Below the pieces are notes generated by a model. That model was not told the DNA's origin, made no database searches, and worked only from the letters and a program-made list of their open reading frames with translations. From IMG/VR virus record IMGVR_UViG_3300007513_000005: a DNA stretch of 64,000 nt. One strand, written 5' to 3'. The DNA is from a virus. A program made the position numbers and the translations under genes. Shown here piece by piece: positions 46,124-55,319 of the stretch (positions are counted from its first letter, which is position 1; each line of letters opens with the position of its first letter).

Positions 46124-47080
46124 TTAACCTCCAAAGTCAAGCTTTTGTAGTAAGTAGTCTTCTCTCGTTATAAGAGATGCACGTTTCTTGTACTCACTTA
46201 ACAGATGATCAGGGACTTCTCCCAGATCAGAATAATCATATAGTTCTATTTTACAGACTTTAACACCAAAGTCAAGTAAATTCTTAACAATTTTTAATTC
46301 TTTTTGTTTTGCATCTTGATCTAGGCAAATATATACCGTTTTACATTTTTCAACTATCTTCATAAACAACTTAGTTCGCATGTTTAGAGTTGAACCAAGG
46401 ATAGGTATACTGTTGTCATACTTCAGAGAGTCGAAAAATCCCTCGACAAGGACAACTGGTCTAGACCAATCAACGTAAATGTCATTAAATATAATATCTT
46501 TTGTACAGGGAGGGTTCCTGTATTTCAAATAGGCATCGTCGAATGATCTTGCAATATAATAATTAAGTTCCCCCTCACAGTCGAAAGAGGGTACTATTAC
46601 GCGGTTCTTATAAGGTCCGTGAAAACAAAACCCCATCTTATATAATAGGATATCAGAATAGGACACGCCCCGATCGAACAAATATTGTTTGGCACGCTTA
46701 CCAATCTGCGAAAGATTTGCAGCTGACAATGAAGTAAAGTGCTCTGGAAGATCTAGACTCTTTTCCAGCACATATGTATCCTTTGTTTTAAATAAATCAT
46801 CAAACCTGGTTATGTCTATCTGATTTACTAGGGAATTCCATCGAGATCTAAGTTCTCTATCTCTTATGAGAGATCCGAGATTATTTCCACGGAAATCACA
46901 AACCCAGCACTTAAATGCATTCTTGTTTATATTGACAGAAAGTTTTCTCTTGTGGTGCTTACACTTCGGACAATGAAACAACATCTCATCATTCGACTCG
47001 TAATATGACCCAAGACTCTGCTTTATAATGCTTAACTTTTCGCTGTACAAAGTACGTAACCCGCTTTCGCTATTACCCAA
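46124..47080 (-). CDS. DNA primase (DnaG/gp61-like)
   Basis: Zn ribbon CPKC...FKCWVC, YKNRVIVP, TOPRIM VLVEGFFD and CLDQDA. True start may be TTG 47050. Confidence 0.85.
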   Translation of the reverse strand: MGNSESGLRTLYSEKLSIIKQSLGSYYESNDEMLFHCPKCKHHKRKLSVNINKNAFKCWVCDFRGNNLGSLIRDRELRSRWNSLVNQIDITRFDDLFKTKDTYVLEKSLDLPEHFTSLSAANLSQIGKRAKQYLFDRGVSYSDILLYKMGFCFHGPYKNRVIVPSFDCEGELNYYIARSFDDAYLKYRNPPCTKDIIFNDIYVDWSRPVVLVEGFFDSLKYDNSIPILGSTLNMRTKLFMKIVEKCKTVYICLDQDAKQKELKIVKNLLDFGVKVCKIELYDYSDLGEVPDHLLSEYKKRASLITREDYLLQKLDFGG

Positions 47081-47562
47081 CTATCCGATTTATCCATAAT
47101 ACCTGGTTTCGGATTTCCATGTCTTGTATATTCTACTATGAAAGTAGGTTCATTTGCAACAACAAAATCAAAACTTTTTTGTTTTGAGTTTTCGCCCCTA
47201 GAAATTTTAATGCCTACCTGCTTTCTTGCTGAAGTAGCTGCAATCATTTCTGGTTTTGTTTTGAATATCTTATAACAGTGCCAGGAGACGATGCCATTAA
47301 TCCTGGACAATGTAGAGAGAGTCTGTGCTGAAGAGAAACCAGAGCGAAACGAGTGTAGTGACTGCTCTATAAACACATTGCCTATAGAGTATTCCATGGC
47401 AAGAGACCTAAGATTGTTGTGAATAAGGAGTGCTTTTTCATATATTGACGGAAACTTGTTTTTATTCCTCGTATCCCAAAACTCATTATATACACACACG
47501 CCATCATCATCAAGGACGGTCGCCCCCGTGATACTCGTTGAAACATCTAACCCTAAAATCAT
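47032..47562 (-). CDS. RuvC-like Holliday junction resolvase
   Basis: ILGLDVSTSITG, VFIEQ and DKSDSWVIA acidic catalytic pattern. Confidence 0.8.
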   Translation of the reverse strand: MILGLDVSTSITGATVLDDDGVCVYNEFWDTRNKNKFPSIYEKALLIHNNLRSLAMEYSIGNVFIEQSLHSFRSGFSSAQTLSTLSRINGIVSWHCYKIFKTKPEMIAATSARKQVGIKISRGENSKQKSFDFVVANEPTFIVEYTRHGNPKPGIMDKSDSWVIAKAGYVLCTAKS

Positions 47563-48230
47563 TTATTATCCAATAGGAAAGTTGCATACCCTTCTATGAG
47601 TTTACGCTTTTCTGTCTCTTCATCCATGTGGTACCATTCCCAAGCAACACTCTTTGTGATGAGTTTTACTTTTTTACTAATATTATCTATTTTACCATTA
47701 ATCTCCTCAATGTCAAGAGGAATCTCTTCTGGTATCTCTATATCCAAGAGCACTGCACATTCGACCAACTTAAAGTAATCCTCACTATCAACTGCGCTTG
47801 TGATTTTTTGAAAGATCTCCTTCTTATCATCGTCATCCTTTATTTTATCTGGATGTGTCTTATTCGCTATCTTCCTATATAAAGACTTGTACTCCTTTGG
47901 TAATGGTTTTTTGGGTGATGGTGGTGGAGTCTCAATAACCTCTTCGTGAAAATCTGGTCTTACCTTTGTTCTGCCCTTTCGATACTGTGCCTGTTGCTTT
48001 GCACGCTTTCCAGTCTTGGTCATTGGTTTTTCATTTTCTCCTGCCAATCCTGCTATTTGTTTTAATCTATGTCGAACACCCTTATTATCGACAGCATCAA
48101 TATAATCTTTAAAGTAATCCGAGAATTGAGACATTGCTTGGTTGTTTATTTTTTGGTGGATTTCCAACTTCTTAATTGCAAACTTAAGTTCATGGATCTT
48201 TAATTCAAAGATTTCAGTACCCTTCCTCAT
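47559..48230 (-). CDS. J-domain (DnaJ-like) protein
   Basis: YKSLYRKIANKTHPDK...FQKITSA, i.e. helix II-HPD-helix III. Confidence 0.7.
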   Translation of the reverse strand: MRKGTEIFELKIHELKFAIKKLEIHQKINNQAMSQFSDYFKDYIDAVDNKGVRHRLKQIAGLAGENEKPMTKTGKRAKQQAQYRKGRTKVRPDFHEEVIETPPPSPKKPLPKEYKSLYRKIANKTHPDKIKDDDDKKEIFQKITSAVDSEDYFKLVECAVLLDIEIPEEIPLDIEEINGKIDNISKKVKLITKSVAWEWYHMDEETEKRKLIEGYATFLLDNK

Positions 48231-49543
48231 TAGAAGTCCATTTTGAGTTTGAAGGTATAGTCTCTATTTTCAGTTTTTCTAACTGGGTTTGCTAGTTTTG
48301 CCACGGCGATCAACCTTCTCTGGTCGTCATATATGCCGATCTTGGAAACATATGTCTGTTTATTGTATGATCCCGTTGGATCTGGATAGGGACTGTGAGA
48401 AAGTTTTTCAAACAACAAGTCATCAAACTCCTGGTATCTGGATGAACTTGTTACTGGAACTTTAGTTTGACTTTTCTTATAAACAGTTGGATTTGTCGAG
48501 TTGTTCAACTCGCCCTTTGGCATGTGCGCCATCATGGTGACAGTAGGTACATAATTCACACCCTTGAATGACATTCTAAACATCGCATTCTCTAGGATGT
48601 CTCTTGCTGGTCCACTGTCCTCGTTAGCGCCTTCAGCGAAGTCGACCCAGCGAGGCTCCTGTCCGTCATCTCCGTGGAATGTCTCAGTTTGTTGTGATAC
48701 ATCCCAACTCCCCGTTAAGGCAATAAACCCCTCATTATAGAGGACAGTGCCCACCACCTTGTTGTTGTGCTTCGCGGCATTATAAGTTCCAGAAACCTGG
48801 ATTAGTTCACCGTTCTTGTTTATGTCTCTTGCCTCTGCAGCGAGTGCACCCGTCATGAAAATCTGAAGTATTACGGACCCTTTCTTTATGCTTGATCCAT
48901 AAAATATACTTGGTATCTCCACTAGTGACATTTCCTGGTTTGCTTTGTTCCATCCATTATTGCCCATATCGTGAGACATTGATGACCTTGGATTTGTGGT
49001 ATCGTCAAATGAATAGTGGTGACTGTGTTTTACATATTCATTAAAACTATTCTTCAAGGCAACTACAAACTTCTTGTTTCTCACCATTCTATTGTAAGTG
49101 CCATGGAATCTCTCATCAGTACTAGATTCCTGTATAGCGGAGACCCCTCCCGCAATCCTAGTTCTCTTTATACTAGAGGAAAGAGGATATTGTGATTTTA
49201 CCACATCACCATAAGCAAACTGGGCAGCTGAATCAAAATCACTAGTACTGACTGTCTTGAAGGATATGCGGGCGCCGTCTTTGGTAATAAATGGATAGAT
49301 CGATGTTCCTGCTGGGGGCGCATCTGTTCCGCCAGTATTGATAGCTCTGTCTACATTTAATTCAAAGAGCGATACGAACCCCTGTTGTACTGCTAGGAGG
49401 TTTCCAAACTGACCTCCGCGAGCACCTTCGTTTTTAAAACTGTTGTAATAAACCCTAGAACCATATATGACAAAATCAGACTCTGGAAAGGTTTTTACCT
49501 GATTGTAGATTAGATCGTATTTACCAAACTTCCTAAACGGCAT
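48230..49543 (-). CDS. Virion structural protein (baseplate/collar-like), paralogue of 49556-50803
   Basis: Shared VLYNEG/IFYQAG core, EL/FNxSxNPT, and C-terminal YVSKIGIYD...LIAVAKLANP...KLKMDF. Confidence 0.55.
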   Translation of the reverse strand: MPFRKFGKYDLIYNQVKTFPESDFVIYGSRVYYNSFKNEGARGGQFGNLLAVQQGFVSLFELNVDRAINTGGTDAPPAGTSIYPFITKDGARISFKTVSTSDFDSAAQFAYGDVVKSQYPLSSSIKRTRIAGGVSAIQESSTDERFHGTYNRMVRNKKFVVALKNSFNEYVKHSHHYSFDDTTNPRSSMSHDMGNNGWNKANQEMSLVEIPSIFYGSSIKKGSVILQIFMTGALAAEARDINKNGELIQVSGTYNAAKHNNKVVGTVLYNEGFIALTGSWDVSQQTETFHGDDGQEPRWVDFAEGANEDSGPARDILENAMFRMSFKGVNYVPTVTMMAHMPKGELNNSTNPTVYKKSQTKVPVTSSSRYQEFDDLLFEKLSHSPYPDPTGSYNKQTYVSKIGIYDDQRRLIAVAKLANPVRKTENRDYTFKLKMDF

Positions 49544-49555
49544 AATACACCGCCC

Positions 49556-50803
49556 TTAATAATCTAACCTTACTCTTAGTGTAAGTTCGTTTGAGGGATC
49601 CTTTTTGAGGGGCTCTGAGAGTTTCGCCGTTGCCATAAGTTCATTGTCTGGAGAATATAACCCAATTGACGTGACATATGCAACTGGAGAATCACTCGGT
49701 ACATCTTTCACTCTGATCTTTGATGCACTGAGATAGGTTGGGTTGGCACTATAATTAAACTCATTGTGATTTGCTCTACAGAAATAAACAGTTGAGTTAA
49801 GTTCCGTTGTATTGTTGAAAGAAACATTGTGAATTCTTCTTCGAATTCCATTTGCAATATGCTCAATCTTAGACCCCGTAAGCATCTGACTGATACTTGC
49901 ACTAAAGGCAGAATGTCCATCTGCACCATACTGCTTGAACCCATCACTATGTACACCATTGATACTCATAGAAACTGAAGTCATCAACATTCCCGTATCA
50001 TTCGCAGTATCGTCGCCATCTGCGCCAGCAAGAACCGAAGCAGTTAATACTGCTACGCCTGCTTGGTAAAAAATGAGACCTGCATGCTTTCCGATAGAAA
50101 GACTTCCAGTTACTCTACCTGTAATATCCTGCCCACCATCGGCAGACCCAATTGACGCTGAAAGAATGCCATATTCGCCAGCTGGTGAATTAATTCTGTA
50201 GTCATTTTGTGCGTTAGTATCCTTAAGAGTGAGGATGTTTCTGACTCTGGATCTCAGACCCTTGTTAACCATAACTGGGTCAACCCCAAGATCTAGTTGA
50301 AAACTACCCTTCTTAATCTCGTCTTTCACAAGAAGTCTAGAGAAGTTAATAAATATAACCTCTCTCATTTTACCAAATGCGTCTGCAGTATCCTTGGGGT
50401 TTGCTACATTGCCATCATTGTCGAAGTCTCTGATGTTGCCAGATGTGTCGTGCCCCATTAGAACCTGAGCCATCTGGTTATACATAGCAATCTTCTTTTC
50501 TTGTTGCTTATAGTTCGTCCCTGCAGATGCGACACCAACGTTCCCTGAAAGTCCACTCCTAGAAGAGAACCCAACGGAAATATCAAAAATGTGATTAGCA
50601 GAAGAACTTAGGTAAGGATAGTCATAAATAGACTGAAACATTCCATGTGAATAATTCTTAATATTCAACTCCGTTCCGCCGCCGATGTCTCCTCCGTTAT
50701 ATGTACCTGATACGATTGCACCAGTAATTGGAATTGCCTCATGAAGCAAGGTCTTTGTTGTTGTGATGTCATTATTCAAAAATGTTTTAAATGTAGTTGC
50801 CAT
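49556..50803 (-). CDS. Virion structural protein (baseplate/collar-like)
   Basis: C-terminal YVTSIGLYSPDNELMATAKLSEPLKK...RVRLDY. Confidence 0.55.
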   Translation of the reverse strand: MATTFKTFLNNDITTTKTLLHEAIPITGAIVSGTYNGGDIGGGTELNIKNYSHGMFQSIYDYPYLSSSANHIFDISVGFSSRSGLSGNVGVASAGTNYKQQEKKIAMYNQMAQVLMGHDTSGNIRDFDNDGNVANPKDTADAFGKMREVIFINFSRLLVKDEIKKGSFQLDLGVDPVMVNKGLRSRVRNILTLKDTNAQNDYRINSPAGEYGILSASIGSADGGQDITGRVTGSLSIGKHAGLIFYQAGVAVLTASVLAGADGDDTANDTGMLMTSVSMSINGVHSDGFKQYGADGHSAFSASISQMLTGSKIEHIANGIRRRIHNVSFNNTTELNSTVYFCRANHNEFNYSANPTYLSASKIRVKDVPSDSPVAYVTSIGLYSPDNELMATAKLSEPLKKDPSNELTLRVRLDY

Positions 50804-50812
50804 GTTTTATCC

Positions 50813-51838
50813 TTACGCCTTCCTAATATACCTAATCGGAATGTCAAGCGAAACACCCGTGGTTGCAGAAGTAATCTTAATAATTGTATCAATCATATTA
50901 AATGAGGTCGAGTCAGACGTAAATCCTGCCTGAGCAGATCCCAAAATTGTTGATCCTAACTTTTCAAACAAATACGAAGAAGCCCTCAAGTTAACGCTTG
51001 GTTCAATCTTGAAGTGCAACAAGGTATCTCTTGGACCGTTAATGTTGTGTATAGACAAGTCACCATCGGTCGATCCAGCGTTTGTCTTAGGAAGACTATC
51101 AACACTAAGTGGTGCACCGTTCGTGTTTTTTGATATTACGATCGGACTACCCTGACCTGATACTGTATTTTCACTAATATAATATGAAGCGATTTGATCA
51201 TCATCTATAAATGACACTGGTACCTGGTCCGCATTTGCTGTTACCAGGGATCCAAGTCTGTGATCCATTTCTATAATAAATTGCGTTTCCTGCAAAGTTG
51301 CTGGCATATTGACAGCGGGTGCAATCTCAGTGGTATCCAACCCTCTCTCCACAATGCAGGAAATATCAGTGTTTCTAATTTTTTCCGATGAACGACCTGT
51401 AATGACGCCAGTGTTGGACAGACTAGTGTCTAACTTATCTTCTGTGTTCTTGTCAACCGTTATGACAAAACCACCAGTTGTTGTGTTTGTTGCGCTTGCA
51501 TCGACAACCGTAGTATTGATTGTAGAACTAGCGTTGCCTCCGTTGAGTAACTTCAACACAGGAAGATACAAAATATTCGTTCTGGTGATTGTAATTAATT
51601 TGCTCTTCATTGTAGAGGTGTTGTTTGTAAACGCCTCCAATAGTGGAGTCCTTAAGACTTCCAAATCATAATATGCAGAACCACTAGGGTGATTCTTGTT
51701 ATATAATGAGTAATCGATCTCGTCGTCTCCGAGGGCAAACTTGGAAATTCTAAAATCTCCGCGTGCCATTCTAAAGCGACCAGTGTCTGTCAATACGGCG
51801 TCTAAAATTATATCGCCAGAATTATCAAGAAATGCCAT
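50813..51838 (-). CDS. Virion structural protein
   Basis: N-terminal DAVLTDTGRFRMARGDFRISKFALGDDEIDY, related to the N-terminus of 58876-59928. Confidence 0.55.
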   Translation of the reverse strand: MAFLDNSGDIILDAVLTDTGRFRMARGDFRISKFALGDDEIDYSLYNKNHPSGSAYYDLEVLRTPLLEAFTNNTSTMKSKLITITRTNILYLPVLKLLNGGNASSTINTTVVDASATNTTTGGFVITVDKNTEDKLDTSLSNTGVITGRSSEKIRNTDISCIVERGLDTTEIAPAVNMPATLQETQFIIEMDHRLGSLVTANADQVPVSFIDDDQIASYYISENTVSGQGSPIVISKNTNGAPLSVDSLPKTNAGSTDGDLSIHNINGPRDTLLHFKIEPSVNLRASSYLFEKLGSTILGSAQAGFTSDSTSFNMIDTIIKITSATTGVSLDIPIRYIRKA

Positions 51839-51875
51839 GTACTAAAACTCCTCAAACTTCACTTGTAAATAGATT

Positions 51876-54800
51876 TTAACATATTAAATTCACTTTTTTA
51901 TTTTCTTGATCTTCAGACAATTTTAAGTTGAAAGTAACATCAATATCAATCTCTTTGCCAGTGTCCTTACTTCTAATTCTTATTTTAAACCTTTTCTTCC
52001 AAAGTTTTTCCTTTGTATTATCACCAATAAACGATTGAGAATCCAATCCCCGCTTCCAGTCTGAGAACTTTCCCGTGCCTAGATTTAGTGTTTTTTGGTC
52101 AAAATTTGGTCTCAACATTAAGAATTGCCTGACATCGATCGTTGATTGCTGTTTAGCTGTCTTTAATGCTTCGAGATCTGCTGCGTTCACTATTTTATGC
52201 GAAAGTCTAACTGCTTCGTTAATTTTAATTAATTCTATCTCGTGAATAAATCCTGGATTTGAAACCTTGTTGTGAATATCGATACATCTAAAGACGTAAT
52301 AATATTTCACATTTGGTGAAATTCTGTCTAAAAATGTTGCATTATCTGCAGTTGATTCAATCGTAGCAATTTTTTTATCATAAAAGGATCCAATTTTTTC
52401 TGGGTATTCATCTGTCCTGAATACTTGAAATGTTTTTGTCGGGTCATCTGATTTGTGCTTTATCATTTTTACATTTGCTGGATCATTCAGTAGTTGATCT
52501 TGCATCGACTCAAAGTCAAGATCCCCCTCGACGTCGATTAGTCCCTGACTAAGTGCCACATTGACATACCTCATTCTATCTTCTTCCTCAAGTATAACTG
52601 GGGGTGAAAGGTATTCTCCACCGTTTGGTCTCAACGTAAACATAATCTTATCTGAAACATTCTTAAACGGTATCACTTCAACGTCTGGAAATACAGGCGG
52701 ACTGTCTACAACCACTACTCTTTTCTGAGTTGTTGGAATAATCCCAATCCTTAAGCACGGTTGGTTTCTAATACCGAAGGGCATATCAAACTGGCCAGTA
52801 CTAGAATTCTCTTCTCTAGAGATCTCGTATGCTCTAGCAAAATTACTTACGCAATTATGGTATGTGTATCTATTGCCAACGATCGCTACAATCCTATTGA
52901 TTCTATATTCGTAAACCTCTCCATATTTGACCTGACTGTCTACAAATTTTTCAACTTCCCTGTCGTTATCAGACATTATGTAAAAATTAGATATGAGTTC
53001 TTCGTCCTTAAATTTTTGAATCATAAACCCCATAACCTCACTCTTGGCAGGCACACCATTCATGATCTGATCATAACTTCTCGCATGGTTGTTAACAAAA
53101 TTGCTTATCTTCATTTTCATTTTCAATAATCTAAATATCGTTGCGAATTTATCCACTGGACTTTGCTCAGGATCTTCTGTTGCTCTTTTAAAGAAAGATG
53201 CCCACCAATCAGAAATATCTATCATCCTTGTTTTCATTGGTATTGTATCAGAATGCCTTATGAGGTCTCCTGGTATTACCTCTGCTGTTTGATTTAAGGA
53301 TGTTTGTATTGCCTGATCGACATAACTTGCGAACGACTCTGATGATGGTCGATTCGAAAGAGTATTCATAAGATCGGTTATGATCACGTCTCCCCCGTCA
53401 GAGGTAAGGGCCGAAGCAACCTGAGATCTTTTTATTTTACCAAATTCCATCTCCACAAACATGGGATTCATATACCTTTGCTCGTACAAGTCATCTAGAG
53501 TCTCTCTGGGTATTGCTGAAAGGAGTATGTCTTTTTCCTCGTTTCCAGGATTCAGTCCGTAATATTCCGCCATATGCTCAACAAACGCTCTTTGAGACTC
53601 TGTTGACCCATCCATCATGTTTTGAATCAACCTGAACTGTTCATTTTGAAGTTCATAACTGGATATGTCAGAAGGTGTCGCATCAGATAGTATTGTCAGA
53701 TCGTAAAATCTATCAGCTGCTAATAGTCGACTGAACCTCACTTCATCGAAATCTTCTGGTAAGAAGGTCGATACCCCTTCCTTTCTAGAGTTCGAAAGCG
53801 CCTTCATCAGCGTTGCCCCCTGGTATGGTGATGGTAACTCCAACTCAGAAACCACTGGGGTTATTATGTTCTCATAGAGACAATCATAATATGAATATAC
53901 GGGTCTTATATCGAAATAAGCATCACTACCAACATCTACGAAGTCGGACTCCTCCTTCGTCAGGAGATCTGTTACGTTTGTTGAATAATCAACAAAAACC
54001 TTTTTGCCTGTGTAAACAACACCTTCTGCTGGTGCTACTGTAATCGGCTCGGTAGAGTTCTGTTGAAAGAACCTATTGTCTCCATAAAAAGGAATTACAG
54101 GAAACAAATTCAAACTCTTCCCTTCTGCCACCTCCCTGTAGTGGGGTACCGTATACATGTTTCGCCAGTGAAGTGGATTACCTACGGTTGTTGCTGACCT
54201 TCTAGCGTTTCTAATGAAGAGTTGATCAGGTCTGTCGCGCATTATTCCCATATCTTCCAATATTTGCTCTGGGACATGTCCATAAAAATAGTCCGACCAT
54301 TTCCAATTATCTCCGCGATTTGCTTCGCATTCGATAACATAAACCTCATTCTTTACCTTAAATCCTAAATTATTTCGTAGAGAGGGTTCGTTCTTTGCTT
54401 GATCGTAAAATCTCCACTTTGATGGGTCAGACGCTGGAACTGAATATAGTTTAGATTCATCCACCAAACTCAAGTACGCTCTCTTTTTTGCATCAAAATA
54501 GAACATGCCCCATTGATATCTTCCCAGCCCCTGCCTTCTGTTTATAAAATAAAGATCCGCACCCCTTGCGGCGTGATATGCCTTCGCATCATCAATGCTA
54601 GTATATTCATGTGGGCCGCTGACGTGACCTGCATTGAACCAAATCTTATCTGATACCCACCTTACATTATCAAAAACATCTAAATTACCATTTCCAACCT
54701 GTGGAAGAACGTTTGGAATATTACTAGGAAAAGAATATGGACGATAAAGCGGACTGAATGCCAGTAGTTCTTTTGGTTTTGATTTGAACTTTATCGTCTC

Positions 54801-55283
54801 TATGTCGATATTTTGAGTGCCTTCGCCCACTATTGTACCGTTTGAAAACACCCACGTACTTTTTTCTGCAGAGAATAAGTTAGTCACAACTGGTGTTAGC
54901 GTTAGGTCGTCCTCTAGGAGGATGTCGGTTCCTGGTAGTCCAGGTCTAATGTCTTCTCCCAATTCTCTTGCAATGTTTGCGGCCGTGGAGGCGCGGTTAG
55001 AGTGCTCATATCCCAAGATAGGGGCATGCTCTTCTATCATTTCTGCGACTTCCTCTGTGGTAACCTGTGTTCCTTCGTCAGTTATCATTGCAGCGTCAGC
55101 TTCGATCTGCGCTTGTGTCGTACCTGCAAGCAGATTCCCCGCTTCGGATATTGGTCCGCTGCTCGGCTGGACGAACCAAGGCGGCACGAGAGCATACCCC
55201 AAATTTTGAAGTCCAGGATCTACTTCCTCTTCTTCTTCCTCTTGCGCGATCTGTTCTGTAATTTCACATGTATCTTCTGCCAT
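51876..55283 (-). CDS. Large hypothetical virion protein (1135 aa), possible Fn3/Ig-like domains in the C-half
   Basis: FVDSQVKYGEVYEYRI and FLDRISPNVKYYYVFRCID patterns. Confidence 0.6.
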   Translation of the reverse strand: MAEDTCEITEQIAQEEEEEEVDPGLQNLGYALVPPWFVQPSSGPISEAGNLLAGTTQAQIEADAAMITDEGTQVTTEEVAEMIEEHAPILGYEHSNRASTAANIARELGEDIRPGLPGTDILLEDDLTLTPVVTNLFSAEKSTWVFSNGTIVGEGTQNIDIETIKFKSKPKELLAFSPLYRPYSFPSNIPNVLPQVGNGNLDVFDNVRWVSDKIWFNAGHVSGPHEYTSIDDAKAYHAARGADLYFINRRQGLGRYQWGMFYFDAKKRAYLSLVDESKLYSVPASDPSKWRFYDQAKNEPSLRNNLGFKVKNEVYVIECEANRGDNWKWSDYFYGHVPEQILEDMGIMRDRPDQLFIRNARRSATTVGNPLHWRNMYTVPHYREVAEGKSLNLFPVIPFYGDNRFFQQNSTEPITVAPAEGVVYTGKKVFVDYSTNVTDLLTKEESDFVDVGSDAYFDIRPVYSYYDCLYENIITPVVSELELPSPYQGATLMKALSNSRKEGVSTFLPEDFDEVRFSRLLAADRFYDLTILSDATPSDISSYELQNEQFRLIQNMMDGSTESQRAFVEHMAEYYGLNPGNEEKDILLSAIPRETLDDLYEQRYMNPMFVEMEFGKIKRSQVASALTSDGGDVIITDLMNTLSNRPSSESFASYVDQAIQTSLNQTAEVIPGDLIRHSDTIPMKTRMIDISDWWASFFKRATEDPEQSPVDKFATIFRLLKMKMKISNFVNNHARSYDQIMNGVPAKSEVMGFMIQKFKDEELISNFYIMSDNDREVEKFVDSQVKYGEVYEYRINRIVAIVGNRYTYHNCVSNFARAYEISREENSSTGQFDMPFGIRNQPCLRIGIIPTTQKRVVVVDSPPVFPDVEVIPFKNVSDKIMFTLRPNGGEYLSPPVILEEEDRMRYVNVALSQGLIDVEGDLDFESMQDQLLNDPANVKMIKHKSDDPTKTFQVFRTDEYPEKIGSFYDKKIATIESTADNATFLDRISPNVKYYYVFRCIDIHNKVSNPGFIHEIELIKINEAVRLSHKIVNAADLEALKTAKQQSTIDVRQFLMLRPNFDQKTLNLGTGKFSDWKRGLDSQSFIGDNTKEKLWKKRFKIRIRSKDTGKEIDIDVTFNLKLSEDQENKKVNLIC

Positions 55284-55319
55284 ATACTAAGTATTCCTTT
55301 TAATTATTATTTCTCATAC

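Noticed and set aside
31821-47080. Longest-ORF start codons for several genes (32960, 33633, 35310, 41867, 42259, 42823; also 6500)
   Set aside because: They overlap upstream genes and lack SDs; downstream ATGs with SDs or stop-start coupling are better supported.
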